Positions 10,701 to 22,467 of a stretch of DNA of 46,513 nt are shown here, one piece after another; the stretch's first letter is position 1, and each line of letters opens with the position of its first letter. Location of the stretch: the NCBI GenBank assembly GCA_964016885.1, contig CAXHJY010001337.1, forward strand, positions 1-46,513, written 5' to 3'. The position numbers were made by a program, and so were the translations under genes. The notes below the pieces were generated by a model. It had not been told where the DNA came from. It saw only the letters and a list, made by a program, of their open reading frames with translations, and searched no databases. The DNA is from Eledone cirrhosa (lineage: Eukaryota).

Positions 10701-11890
10701 GGTTGACTATGCAGGTCACTAGTTTGTGATCTGAATAAGCAACCATGGACATTTGTGGACGGCTTAACATGTCCCTATCACTAACTCTAACTAGAAACCT
10801 ATCTAGGTACGATCTAGATGTCCCGCTATGGTTGGTGCACGCCCACAGTGGCACAGTCAGAAAATCTAGTCGATATCTATCGGCCAGTTGAAATCGGCCA
10901 ATTAACTGTTTGAGGCTGTTACACCCGTCTCTATCAGGACATGCTCCCACATAGTCCCAACGTGCATCTAGGATTCCATTCCAATCCCCCACTAACAGCA
11001 AGGAGCAGGACGTTCCCAGAAAAGTCTCTAGACGTTTGAAGAAGTCTAGCCGCGGTGTCTCGGATGGGGCATATGCAGCCACCAGCCTGAAGGCTCCACC
11101 TTCACTACCGTCAACGTCTAAGACCACCAGTCGACCCTCCGGGTCCAGATGTACAGTCTGTGTTACGAGGTCCAGGTGTTTCCGCAGCAAAACGGCAACT
11201 CCGCCCCCACCTCTCTGCTGACAGAGAGATGTGTAGATCTCAAAGTCGCCGTGGATCCTGGACTCGCAAATGGCTACTACATCCATACTCTGCAACCTGA
11301 GGTTTACGCAGGCCGCGTACATTCACACATCCAACTCTTATATTGGCCATGTTGGTGCTGAAAAGTTAAAAGAAGAGGAAAAGAAATCACTCACCTCTTC
11401 GTCTCCTAGGGACCAGGCTGCACAATTTCCATGGGAGTGTTGGTGGGGTGGTGGTTTCTGGCAGGATGGGGATGGAGATGTTTGGTGGAGAGGGGGTGTC
11501 TGGTGGGATGGTGGTGTCTGGTGGCATGGGGGTGTCTGCGGTGGGGATGGGGAAACATTTTAACAGAACTCGATTGTAGGGTTTGACGCAGGGGTTAGTT
11601 ACGTCGTTAGGGAATTTTCCTTTTAACTGTTTGTGTGTCCATGGAGATCCTAATCATTTTAAGATTAGGATTCTCTGAAGAGTGTATAAAAGTTTTAAAA
11701 GAAGGGGTTTTATATATGGTGTCTGTTAAAGTTTTATTGTTAGTATTTATGTAGGTGTAACATTTTTGTTGGGTTGTGTTGCTTTTTGTCTGTGGTTCTT
11801 GTGTGTGTTTACGTTTTGTAGTAGATGTTTTGTTTTCAGGAGGGGGTGTTTTTGTTTGTGCTGTTTGCATCACTTGTGTTGGTGTTTGTG
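7770..11890 (-). mobile_element. L1/Tx1-clade LINE, decayed (ORF1 remnant + frameshifted ORF2 + 3'UTR)
   Basis: ORF2 start MANIRVGCVN at ~11351. APE motifs VGDWNG, SYLDRF, YSDHK; linker GPGYWKLN; RT motifs QGCPLS, ADDVT, GGLGMP; C-terminal CPR..EETVAHAFVHC. AATAAA lies near the 3' end. A Pro/Thr-rich ORF1 remnant lies at 11360-11890. Confidence 0.9.
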
Positions 11891-13477
11891 TCATCATCAT
11901 CATCATCGTTTAACGTCCATGTTCCACGCTTGCATGGGTTTTGACGGGGGTTTTCCCACTTGAGGCAAGAGTGGTTGTCTTGCTCGCATAGGACTATCTG
12001 GCGGGTTTTCTACAGCTGGATGCCCTTCCTAACACCAACCACATTTACAGTGTGGGGCTGGGAGGTTTTTACCGTGTTGCCTACACGGCCACATTACAGC
12101 GTGGACTGTCTGGCGTGTTTTCTACAGCTGGATGCCCTTCCTAACACCAACCACATTTACAGTGTGGGACTGGGAGGTTTTTACCGTGTTGCCTACACGG
12201 CCACATTACAGCGTGGACTGTGTGTTTTTTGTCGTGACACCTACACGATCTCATTTGTTTCGGCCTGGATGTTGTGGCACCAACATAACTTTGCATTGAA
12301 AGGGGCGGTGTGGATGGGGTGGGGGTGGTGGGACAGGGGTGTATTTTGTTAGAGATGCCTACTGACTGTAGTAGGTTTTACTTTGTATTTAGGTAAGGCG
12401 GGTCTTCTCTGTTACTGAGTACCGCCAAAGGTCTCGGTCCAGTGACATTGTCTTGGAGAGGTGTAAGTGTGTGAGGTCAGAATTTATCAGCTCGTCCCAG
12501 GTTTTTCTGGGTCTGCCTACTCCGTGGCTACCATCTATCTTTATTGCCCTGCACTTTGTTATACAGCTGTCGTCTTTCATGCGCATCACGTGACCATACC
12601 AACGTAGCCTTCTCTCAAGTAAACAACATCTGATCCCTCTTATTTCTAATTTTTTCCTTAGTTCGTTTATGCTTTGCCGTTCACGTATATTACTATTACA
12701 CATCCAGCGGAGCATGCAAGCTTCGTTCCTCTCTAGTCTGCGTATATCCTCTGCACACAATGCCCAGGTCTCACTGCCATGCAACATTGCTGTTCGTATG
12801 CAGGCATCATACAACCTGCCTTTCATTTTTAGGGAGAACCCTTTAGCGGCTAATAGTGGTATAAGCTCTCTGAACTTTTTCCATCCAGTTCTGACTCTAG
12901 CTACTGTACTTTCAGAGCACCCTCCCCCACTGCTGATTTTGTCACCCAGGTAACGGAAACTGTCCACTATTTCTATAGAACCCTCTGCACAATTGAAAGA
13001 GCTAGTATTCTGTGGGCACTTGCTGCTACTTATTGCACCAGAACACCGGCCACATGTAAAATCTGTGTTCTTAGTTAGCTTACCTGTGATCCCACTACAT
13101 CTTTTCTGCACCCATACTTTGCATTTGGGACATAAAATGGAGTTTCTACCTACACCTTTCCTACACACTGAGCATGGCCATTTCCCGGAAGGGACCGGCG
13201 CCTTATTTTCTTTCCTACAAACTAGAACTTTAGTCTTAGCCAGGTTAATTTTAAGGCCTTTTGATTCTAGGCCGTGCTTCCATGTTTGGAATTTCTTCTC
13301 TAGCTCGGCCATTGATTCAGCTATGAGCGTTAGATCATCTGCGTATAGGAGTTCCCATGGGCAGCCGGTCTTGAACTCCTCTGTTATAGCCTGAAGGGCA
13401 ATAATAAATAGTAGAGGGCTAAGAACAGAGCCCTGATGGACGCCAACTTTTACGCTAAACCCTTCACTATATTCGTT
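11891..13477 (-). mobile_element. RTE LINE, 5'-truncated (subfamily 2)
   Basis: (GAT)n tail at 11891-11908 and a 3'UTR with a tandem duplication of about 120 bp. ORF 12389-13477 has GVHQGSVLSPLLF, YADD, the PHD-like finger and the RTE C-terminus. Confidence 0.95.
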
Positions 13478-15356
13478 GCTGTGTTTTAAACATAGCAACG
13501 TGTTTCAATGAGGCGGTGCGAGCTGCCTGTTGGCTTGACACTTTTACCGTCCCTCCACCACTTCTGTCTAATTGTTGGCTGACAATTTTGATGTTGTTGT
13601 TTTTGGTAATAGCAGCAGGCACACAGCCTTCACCTGCTACTAGTACTGTGGAAGGAGAGATTAACAGCCCATATCCACAATTCTCTGATGTGTTTTTCTT
13701 GAAGATGGGGGTCAAAGAATATCGCCATTTTGGCTATTTTCAAAAATTCCGGTAGAAATTTTGTGGGATTTCTCCCTTTTTCGCCCTGATGGGCTTATTA
13801 TTTGGGGTTGCTACCACCTACAAAGTGTAGGGTGGCAGATTATCTACAAAATGGTGTAAGAATGTAGATTTAGTTCATGCAATTACCAATGAAATTAAAA
13901 CATTTATTCACCAGCGTGTTAGAGAGAATCCGATAGATTTATTATAAAAATTAAATGATAGCATTTTATATGTGGGTGGACCTCCTTTATCTCCTGGCAA
14001 TCAATATTTTAGACCCAGTCCGCCCCTGCATGTGTGTGTTACTGATTTAATAGTAATTTGTCTCCTGTTCATAGTTATCTATTATCTATTTCATATTCTG
14101 TTTACTTGTTGATTAATTTTTCTTCATACCAAGAGTCAATGAGGTCATTGAACGGGACAGGAAGGAAACGGCAGATACAACAGCTAGAGAAGGGGGGAGT
14201 GGATGGAAGAGCCGGGAGGGGGATGAAAAGACAGTGGCAGAAATGGAGATGGAGAAGATGGCGGAAGACCAAGGAGGAGGTGAAGGAATAAAAGAAATTT
14301 CATTGGTTGAAATATCTGACGTCACTGGTGGAGTGCGTGAATTAACTAACAAAGAAAAAGTTTTCATTCCAAGAAGGAAACCACTGAACTTTCGTCTTTT
14401 TTATTAACAGGTAAACTAAATCTTTTCCTATGTCCTAACAAAATAATCCTGCTCTTTATATTATGTTCTATATATATATATATATACACACACAACTCGT
14501 CCTTTGGACTGAGTGCTCTACCAACCTCGAATATAACCTCTCAGTTTTTTACCTATATATATACAAATAAAAATATATATATTATATGTTTGAAAGATTA
14601 AATACTTCCACGCGTAAGTCTAGTTACTTAAATGAAAATATCACGCGTTTTTTATCCATCTCTCTCGCCCTCCTTAGCGAATGGGGTCCCACAGCCCCAG
14701 CGGACAGAATGGAAAAGGCGTTTCCCCGGAGGATGGTATTTATATATACCTATACTTTATAAATATATATATATATATATTGGAAAAAGTATGACCTCGA
14801 CGGCTATTTCTGAAATGAGCTCTGCCGTCTGGGACATACTTTTTCCTATTACCCACTCTACTACCCTAAGTATTGAGTACTCTGGTGCGTTATGGTCCAT
14901 CTGGTTCCTTACCACATCTCCTTCGTTATATATATATATGAAGATATCGTTTATTTACAAAAACTATATACAAAATTGGAAACCTAGGTGGAAAAGTTAA
15001 AACAGCTCAAAATACAGTAATTTATTATAATAAACAGTTCAAAAGACTGTTTCATACTTCTTTGAAAGATTTTTTTCAAACAAGCATGTGTACAAATCCT
15101 GTTAAAAATAATAATTACGCATGAAGCAAATTATTCATTAAAGTAATTAGCAAATAGGTTTATATGTATGTATTGTTAGTACAAATTAAAAGTTTGAGCA
15201 ATAAATTTCTGCTTTCATCCTAAGCGAGATCATCTAAGCCAGTGCTTCTCAAACTATCTGATGTGGTGGACCGACATTTTTTTTATCAATGTGCCACGTA
15301 CGCCTAATATTTCGTAGTAATATTAATTTAGGCACTACAACGGAAACGATATATAT

Positions 15357-15528
15357 AATTGTTTCTATTTTTGGCACAAGCAATTGTCCAGTGTATTACT
15401 GGTACTTTATTTTATCGACCCCGTAAGGATGAAAGGCAAAGTTAACCTCGGCGGGATTTGAACTCAGGATGGAAAGGGCCGTAACTCTGCGTCAAAGCAT
15501 GGCGTCCGACCCTCTACCGATACTGCCA
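15357..15528 (-). mobile_element. SINE family A copy (inside hAT MITE)
   Basis: Reverse complement of the SINE seen at 23060-23245. Confidence 0.85.
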
Positions 15529-15576
15529 AAATGAATATAATAATAGTTTTTTATCTTCTATTTATTTTGTAAACAA

Positions 15577-15761
15577 ATAATTGTTTCTACTTTTGGCACA
15601 AGGCCAGCAAACACCCAGTACATTACTGGTACTTTATTTTATCGACCCCGTAAGGATGAAAGGCAAAGTTCACCTCGGCGGGATTTGAACTCAGAATGCA
15701 AGGGCCGTAACTCTATGCGTCAAAGCATGGCGTCCGACCCTCTACCGATACTGCCAATCCA
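15577..15761 (-). mobile_element. SINE family A copy (inside hAT MITE)
   Basis: Reverse complement of the SINE seen at 23060-23245. Confidence 0.85.
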
Positions 15762-15952
15762 CATAATACAATATCAAAACATATAAAAATGAAATAAAAA
15801 AAATTCCTCAAATGATTCCTTAGCATGGCCTGGACACTGTCCGCGTACCGGTAGCTGATGGCTCGCGTACCGGCACGGTTTGCGGACCACCACTTTGATT
15901 AGCACTGATCTAAGCAATTTATAATTTATTCTCAGTTGTAAAGAAATATAAT

Positions 15953-16503
15953 TGTTTCTACTTTAGGCACAAGGCCAGCAATTACCCAGTGCATTGTCAG
16001 AGAAATCTCTCTCATAAACCATGTGAAGAGGGATTCCACCACTGGCATCTTGATTCATCTGGAAAATTCAAGACATTAAAAACAATTAGATTGTAGGAGA
16101 ACTTTAGTTAAAAATGGTAGGAGAGCTCACTTATGTTAAAAATATTTAATGATCTATATAGTATACTAATGAAAAAATTATTTTATTAAATTCCTTCAAT
16201 ATTTGATTCTTTTCAAAATTAACTGAACCATACAAGGGTCAGCTGAAAAATCAATAAGGATTATTTTTCAACAGTCCTTGAAAAGAAACAATGTAGTTAT
16301 TAATAAGAAGAGTTGAAATTAATTGTTTCTACTTTAGGCACAAGGCCAGCAATCACCCAGTGCATTACTAGTACTTTATTTTATCGACCCCGTAAGGATG
16401 AAAGGCAAAGTCAACCTCGGCGGGATTTGAACTCAGATCGTAAAGCGACTTAACTATGCTGGAAAGCATGGCGTCCGACCCTCTACCGATACTGCCAATC
16501 CAC
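15953..16503 (-). mobile_element. Chimeric retro-insertion: SINE A + transduced flank from 23245-23588 + second SINE A 3' end
   Basis: Near-identical inverted copy of 23065-23588, capped by a SINE 3' end at 15953-15995 and bounded by the 13-bp direct repeat AAAGAAATATAAT (15940-15952, 16504-16516). Confidence 0.85.
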
Positions 16504-17168
16504 AAAGAAATATAATGATATAATACTTACAGAACAAACAATTATATAGCTTAAACTTTAAACGTTCAGGAAAGTGAAAGTAAATTTTCTGACAAGTGAA
16601 TTTGTTTTTTGTTTTTTTTAAAATGAAAGTTACGATACACACGCAATTGTATGGATTTCTTAAAATATATATGTGTGTGGGTGTGTATATGTTTGTATAT
16701 ATGTGTGTACACTGAATTTGTTTGTTTATTTACAACAGGTCTCTATAGTGATATGGTGTTAATTAGTATTGCGTGTGTGATTATTTTTTCTTTTTCTTTT
16801 TTTGTGTATTGTGTGTACGGAAATTTTTTTTTTAAATAATGACTTTGTGTGTTTTTAAATAGCAAGATATTACAAAAACATCTAAACGATGATGATGACA
16901 CAAACACATATATATATACAAACACACATATATATACATACAGACACATATATACACAGATATACACACGCAATACTAATTAACACCATATCACTATAGA
17001 GACCTGTTCTAACACTTTTATTTATATATATTGTTATACTTTGGGAGGGTCATGTTGCCAATAAGAAACACACGCACCAGTTGCTTTCACTTCAATTTAT
17101 TATAATAAATTTATAAATTTCTGGTTGGTTGGTTGGTTGGTTCCACAACCAGATAGTTGTTTATATAT

Positions 17169-17213
17169 AGTCATAGTTCTTTCGTCACACACTCTGTGAC
17201 CTCTTCAGTGACT
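17169..17213 (-). ncRNA. Minimal hammerhead ribozyme motif (PLE pLTR, left arm)
   Basis: Reverse complement of 17276-17320. Confidence 0.65.
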
Positions 17214-17275
17214 GGGGATTCTTTTCTTTGTTCTGTCCTACAAGGAGAGGCACAGAAACAAAGAAAGGAATCCCC

Positions 17276-17320
17276 AGTCACTGAAGAGGTCACAGAGTGT
17301 GTGACGAAAGAACTATGACT
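17276..17320 (+). ncRNA. Minimal hammerhead ribozyme motif (PLE pLTR, right arm)
   Basis: agtca-CTGAAGA-G-GTCAC agagtgt GTGAC-GAAA-gaac-TA-tgact. Stems I and II pair, stem III is minimal, and there is one extra G after the core. Confidence 0.65.
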
Positions 17321-17622
17321 ATATATAAACAACTATCTGGTTGTGGAACCAACCAACCAACCAGAAATTTATTATAATAAATTGAAGTGAAAGCAACTGG
17401 TGCGTGTGTTTCTTATTGGCAACATGACCCTCCCAAAGTATAACAATACACGATTTCAGATAAAGAATCTTGCTAAACAAATTCAGAAACGAAATATATA
17501 TATATATATATATATATATAAGTATTCAAATTTCCGTTGGAAACAGAAAAGGTCATAGAAGTGAAGAGTGCTCTATGTAAGTATCAGAGCAAAATTTAAT
17601 GTATAAAAATCAATACAATATA

Positions 17623-17700
17623 ATTACCTCATTACCAGAGGTTTCCCGAATGAGGCGAATACGAAAGAAACGTCTTCATTCGTTCGTCAGACGAGGCAAT
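17623..17700 (-). ncRNA. Type-I hammerhead ribozyme motif
   Basis: Minus strand: attgcctcgt-CTGACGA-aCGAATGA..TCATTCGg-GAAA-CCtctGG-TA-atgaggtaat. 10-bp stem I and GUA site; 10.1/11.1 is an A-G mismatch. Confidence 0.72.
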
Positions 17701-18234
17701 ATAAAACATGGGTAAATACTTGGAAAGTCTCATCAAGATATATATATAATAGCTGTTGCTATAAATCTTTTTGTATGTCGTAGAAAAGAAAACCTGCTCT
17801 TGTTGAAATAAGCAGGTGTGTGAGCTGCAATGCCTCTTCCAATGCATCTCCATCTCCATCCTTCGGGGAAACGCCTTCTTTTATTGTGTCCACCGGTGCG
17901 TAGACCCCCGTTTGCTCATGTTGGTGAGAGATGAGGAGAGACGGATGGAGTGGGAGTTTGGTTCTTTTGTGTTCGGACCTAGTGTATATCTGTGTTTGAC
18001 GGACACACACGCATGTTTGTCATAGTTTATCTTCAACGTGCATATTCAACAGATGAAAATGTGAGTTTAACCAAATTGTGAATGTGTGTTGGAAGTAACT
18101 TAGATAATTAGAGTGGACATGGTGAGACCTTAGAAGACATTTTTAAAGAAATGGAGAGAATGTGACGTCCGAACGAGTATCCCCTCACTCTGGGTCCCGG
18201 CCGACACGATGGAGAATATATTATCGGATATATA

Positions 18235-18335
18235 CAGGGTGTTCCCCAAAAATGTATACATGCTTCAACAGCATTCTAATAAATATTGCCTGCACAGTTA
18301 ATCAGTGTGTATATATTTTGGGAGAAAATCCAAAT
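18235..18335. mobile_element. Tc1/mariner-like MITE remnant
   Basis: TA|CAGGGTGTTCCCCAAAAATGTATACA at the left and a degenerate inverted copy TGTATATATTTTGGGAGAAAATCC at the right. Confidence 0.5.
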
Positions 18336-19170
18336 ATATATATATATTAATGCGTGCGGAGAAAAGTTGAAAGTATTGTGGGTCACCAGGAACCTCTCTT
18401 CGCGACTGTCGTCAAGGGGCTGATTATATATATAATACCCTGAGCTCCGGCCATTTCGACAGCTAGATCCGAACTGTTCTGATCTAGCTGTCGAAACGGC
18501 AGGAGCTCAGCCGTCGGGGATATATATATATACTGAAGTAACAGTTAAGTGGAAATATCCAAGAGTAAAAGCACTGTCCATAGGACGAGTTTAGTATAAA
18601 TAATTACAACAGTGACATAAACAGGCACTCGGGTTTCGTTGGGTTCTGGGCGGGCCCCAGAACCCAACGAAACCCGAGTACCTCTTTATGTCACTTGTAA
18701 TTATATATATATAAATAAATTGTGTGTGAGTTGAAAGTAACTTATGGCATATGTACGGACATATATATATTTAACAAAATATCTGCTCATAAAACGTTAA
18801 AAATTTGTATACAGTGAAAATGATTTTGCCGAATGATAAGGGAAAAAGTTGACGTATAAGAGAAGAAATGGAATATAAGTGAAAGAAGAAATAAATGTGT
18901 GTCCTGGTAAAAGATGTAAGCAGAGGAAGTGAACCAATTTACCGACGCTATTTGTTACTCCTCACCATTTAAAATACAGTGAAGCAGTTATTGACATGTA
19001 GGTGACATTATCAACGATGCTAATGTTCAACAATTGCTGTATAAGTGCCAGCGTCATATATATGCTAGCGTGGAAAATGGACGTTAAACGATGATGATTT
19101 TATTTATATATATATATATATATATTAAAATACAAATATTAATAAAATAGATGTTCTTTTGATCAATTAA

Positions 19171-19223
19171 ATTTTATTATACATATTTCGGAGGTACAAC
19201 AGTACGTCCTCATCAGACAAAAT
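19171..19223 (-). ncRNA. Minimal type-I hammerhead ribozyme motif
   Basis: Minus strand: attttgt-CTGATGA-GGAcGTAC tgtt GTACcTCC-GAAA-TATGTA-TA-ataaaat. Canonical core, G10.1-C11.1, near-palindromic stem III. Confidence 0.78.
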
Positions 19224-20139
19224 ATAATGATACATGACATACCCTGAGATGTTAAATGGTTAAGATTTAATCAAGATATACTCAGAACCAAAGTATCGTC
19301 TTCCTGTCTTCCTCCGGTTGCAACGTTTTTTGAAATATCCAGTTTTGCGTTTACAGATTGACTTTGTTAGTTTCAGAAGATCCCGTTAAGGGTGAAAGCA
19401 GCGATTCTTTGCTTAAACTTTAATCTGTTATTTTTATAAATTATTAAAAAAATAATGAATAAACAAAGAAACAGTTCCTTATATTAAACAAAAAAAGTTC
19501 ATTATTTTACGATCGTTTCTAGGATATATATGTGTTAGAATTGGTATGCATATTCTATAGATCTATGTACAATATTTATACAAACTATCAGAGGGAATAT
19601 ACATACCTTCACATATATATGCTGTCTTCAGAAATAATGATATTTGTTTATTGATAAGAACAAAGATTCAATACAATAGGTCTGTTTGGGAACAGGTTTT
19701 GAATAGACAAATGAATTAGAGATTGAAATATATAAAAATCTATCAAGAAATATAGTTAGGTGTGTGTATATGTATGTAAATACGCTCACAGATGTGCATA
19801 TATGTGTATGCACATATGTATACGTATAGTGAAAAAGTGTGTGTAAATCTAAAATTTAGGGCAAATGTATCTGTATGTCTGTAATCTATAGACAGAATAG
19901 ATACATCATAAGTATATGAATATGAAGGCGCGCGCATAAACACACCTACACACGTACACTTTATCTTTTTTATATTTCTTAAGTATGGTTATTTGGTACC
20001 TGATAAGGGGGGTAATTAGACTCATACCAAGGTAGAGATGCTCCACTTCTGAGTATCGAACATTACTTGGTATCGATACCTCCCAGATAGTTAAACTTGA
20101 GCAGGTGGTTGGTCCACTCCCTCTCAAGCCTTGACTTAA

Positions 20140-20344
20140 CCCTTTAGCATTTAAACCAGCCATATCCGGCCAGAATTTCTCACCTCTTTCTGTTCAAACC
20201 AGTTGTAACTGGCCATTCATACAGACGTTGGGGTATTGTTCTCAAAATAAATAATATCAAAATCTCATAGATTTGGTATTATGTGACAAAGCCTTTACTG
20301 GGAAAATACAATAGTATATAGAGAGTTATATGAATGCTAAAGGG
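20140..20344. mobile_element. piggyBac-like (TTAA-targeting) MITE
   Basis: TTAA|CCCTTTAGCATT ... AATGCTAAAGGG|TTTA; the internal sequence is shared with 25191-25600 and 30762-30940. Confidence 0.8.
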
Positions 20345-20396
20345 TTTAAAAGGTTGGCTGAGGGTGTTTGTCAACTGTTTCTTGTTGTAGATAATA

Positions 20397-20770
20397 CTAG
20401 CTGGTCCCGTGCCGTCAAAAATAACAGCTAATTGTAGTATTTTATATTTTAAAAAAAGGGTACAGAATCAAGTTTTTAGTTTAATAATTCTTTTATTACA
20501 AATTTTTTTGTTGTGAAAAAAAACTATCCGCAACTGACATAGATAAGATATCTTGGTGTGCTTATGTATATATATTTATATGTATGAGTATATAAATATA
20601 TATACACATATTCATATATACTCACACGACACGTGTGTAGCGATTCTTGGAACATTGGTCGCTGTTTTCTATAGTTTGTCATTACCCCCCTTCCTTCCTC
20701 AATCATCTCCCTTTTAGTGCGGGACGGACAAATATATAAATATAGATACACGCATTCCTTATTATCTTAA
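20397..20770 (-). mobile_element. Non-autonomous Helitron-like element (3' end at 20397; 5' boundary approximate)
   Basis: On the minus strand a hairpin GCTGTTA-tttt-TGACGGC lies about 10 nt before a terminal CTAG|T. GGACGGACA motif near the other end. Confidence 0.55.
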
Positions 20771-21430
20771 CTATAATAAATTAAGGAGTGCTGGACTGCA
20801 TCCACAATATATTGAAGGCTGAAAGGCTCTTTATTTTGGTAAGTTTTATAAGCCATATTTGTATGTCTTTGAGACAGCCAGTGTGAATGCATTTGAATGA
20901 GCTTGCAGACAACATAACTATAGTCTGACCGCAGGTGTGCAGGCATGTCCAGTAATCGAGATCCTAAAAATGGAAAAACCCAGTCAACTGGGTCAAAGAC
21001 ACTTTGAGCGCAGCCAGTTAGAATCTTATCTTTCCTTCACCAATACAATGTATTTCATGTCTGAAATTATTGACTCAACCGCAACGAGTTAACACTATGT
21101 AGATCTATTTTATTCCCTATTGTATAAATAATATTACAAATAAAAAAAAAAGAAAAGAAAAAACAGTAGCGGGTAGCACACACATCTAGGACCACATACA
21201 TCACATAATCAGATAATACACACATCTTTGGAATATTGTTAATCAATTTTTTAGTAATCTACTGATATAAAAATCAGTAGCATATTGAAAAATGGGAAAA
21301 TGGGGGGGCGTTTCGTGATTTCGACAGACAAAAGGGGGCATTTGGCCTAAATGGGTTGAGAACCTGTGGTTTAAATAAACATTCATATATTTCCGTCACT
21401 AATTTTTCTCCTAATGCAGTTTATACATAA

Positions 21431-21640
21431 CTAGCAGAATGGCCCGGTTTGCTCGGGATTCTAAACATAGATTGGCATGTTTATGAAACAGTACAGAGAA
21501 GTACGGAATACCTCGGCCTCGGGATGGTGTCTACATTTTGTGCTTATAAAAAAATTTGCCGTAGATTACCAGGGGTTTTTTTCCATGCAGAGAAAATCTA
21601 CTTTATCGCGAAATAAATACTTTTGTTTATATACTGTATA
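21431..21640 (-). mobile_element. Helitron-like 3' end (5' boundary approximate)
   Basis: Minus strand: CCCG-agcaaac-CGGG hairpin, then ccattctg-CTAG|T. Confidence 0.5.
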
Positions 21641-21932
21641 TATATATATCATAAATCATGTCCTTAGAATTATTAGATAAAATATATACAATTTCCTCTC
21701 CCAATTAGCATAATTAACCATATAAAAAAATCAATTAGACCAGGCTATAAGAATAAAGGCTCCTATGAAGAAATATTTGATAAATAACCGAAAGCAGCCT
21801 CTTCGCAGTTGACCACAATAGAGTATTTACCCAACATTTCAACAGCATGTAGAAGCTGACCAAATATATCGTCAACCATACACAATTTGGTATAAATTTA
21901 AAGTTAGAAGAAATGTGTACATACCGTAATTA

Positions 21933-22011
21933 TATCTCTACCATGGTTTCGTTCGTATTTTGAGATATCCTATTAAGGATAAATCTAGAGTAACGAACTC
22001 ATCAGGAGACA
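21933..22011 (-). ncRNA. Type-I hammerhead ribozyme, canonical core, long stem II
   Basis: Minus strand: tgtctc-CTGATGA-GTTCGT...TATCCT taat AGGATA...ACGAAC-GAAA-CCATGG-TA-gagata. All core nucleotides present, palindromic stem III, GUA site. Confidence 0.85.
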
Positions 22012-22467
22012 AACTCAATAGGACAGTTAATTTTCCAAAGCGATCCCGCCGGAAATAGATTTTAAAAATGGCTAAGAATCGTGACGTGGCAGTGATTAGT
22101 TGCTTATGGTGAGTAGGCTGGTTGCTAGAAAGCGCAGCCCAATATCGCCCAAATTACATCTCAACCCAACGGGAGATTATTAAATATAAAGATTTACATA
22201 TACATAAAGTCACAGATATATATGTGGCTCAATGAAGAATTAATAAATTAAATAATGAGAGCAATATATCATAAATCATGTCCTTAGAATTATTATACAA
22301 TATATAGAGGGGAAAGACACAGAAGTGTGTGTTTTTCTTTACAGGAATTTCAAACCACCAGCGTGAAGAGAATATGAGCTGATAGAGGCATAGGAAAAAT
22401 ATTAAAATTAAAAGTATAAATTAAAATGAGAAACCAACCTCATACCTAGATCACACATGTACAAACT

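Larger units (their letters stand above)
15240..15907. mobile_element. hAT-type MITE with two nested SINEs
   Basis: Imperfect TIRs CAGTGCTTCTCAAA / TTTGATTAGCACTG and a perfect 8-bp TSD ATCTAAGC at 15232-15239 and 15908-15915. Confidence 0.9.
17029..17448. mobile_element. Inverted (fold-back) pair of Penelope-like pseudo-LTR ends
   Basis: Near-perfect inverted arms of about 200 bp around a ~15-bp spacer. The right arm aligns with the 3' end of the PLE at 34081-34298. Confidence 0.88.

Noticed and set aside
14015-14028. hAT-like terminus CAGGGGCGGACTG on the minus strand; similar ends near 3034 and 21368
   Set aside because: No partner TIR or TSD was identified, so the element boundaries are unsupported.
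14660-14735. HDV-like ribozyme words (GCGAATGGG), also at 18165-18215
   Set aside because: I could not build the nested P1/P2/P3 pseudoknot.
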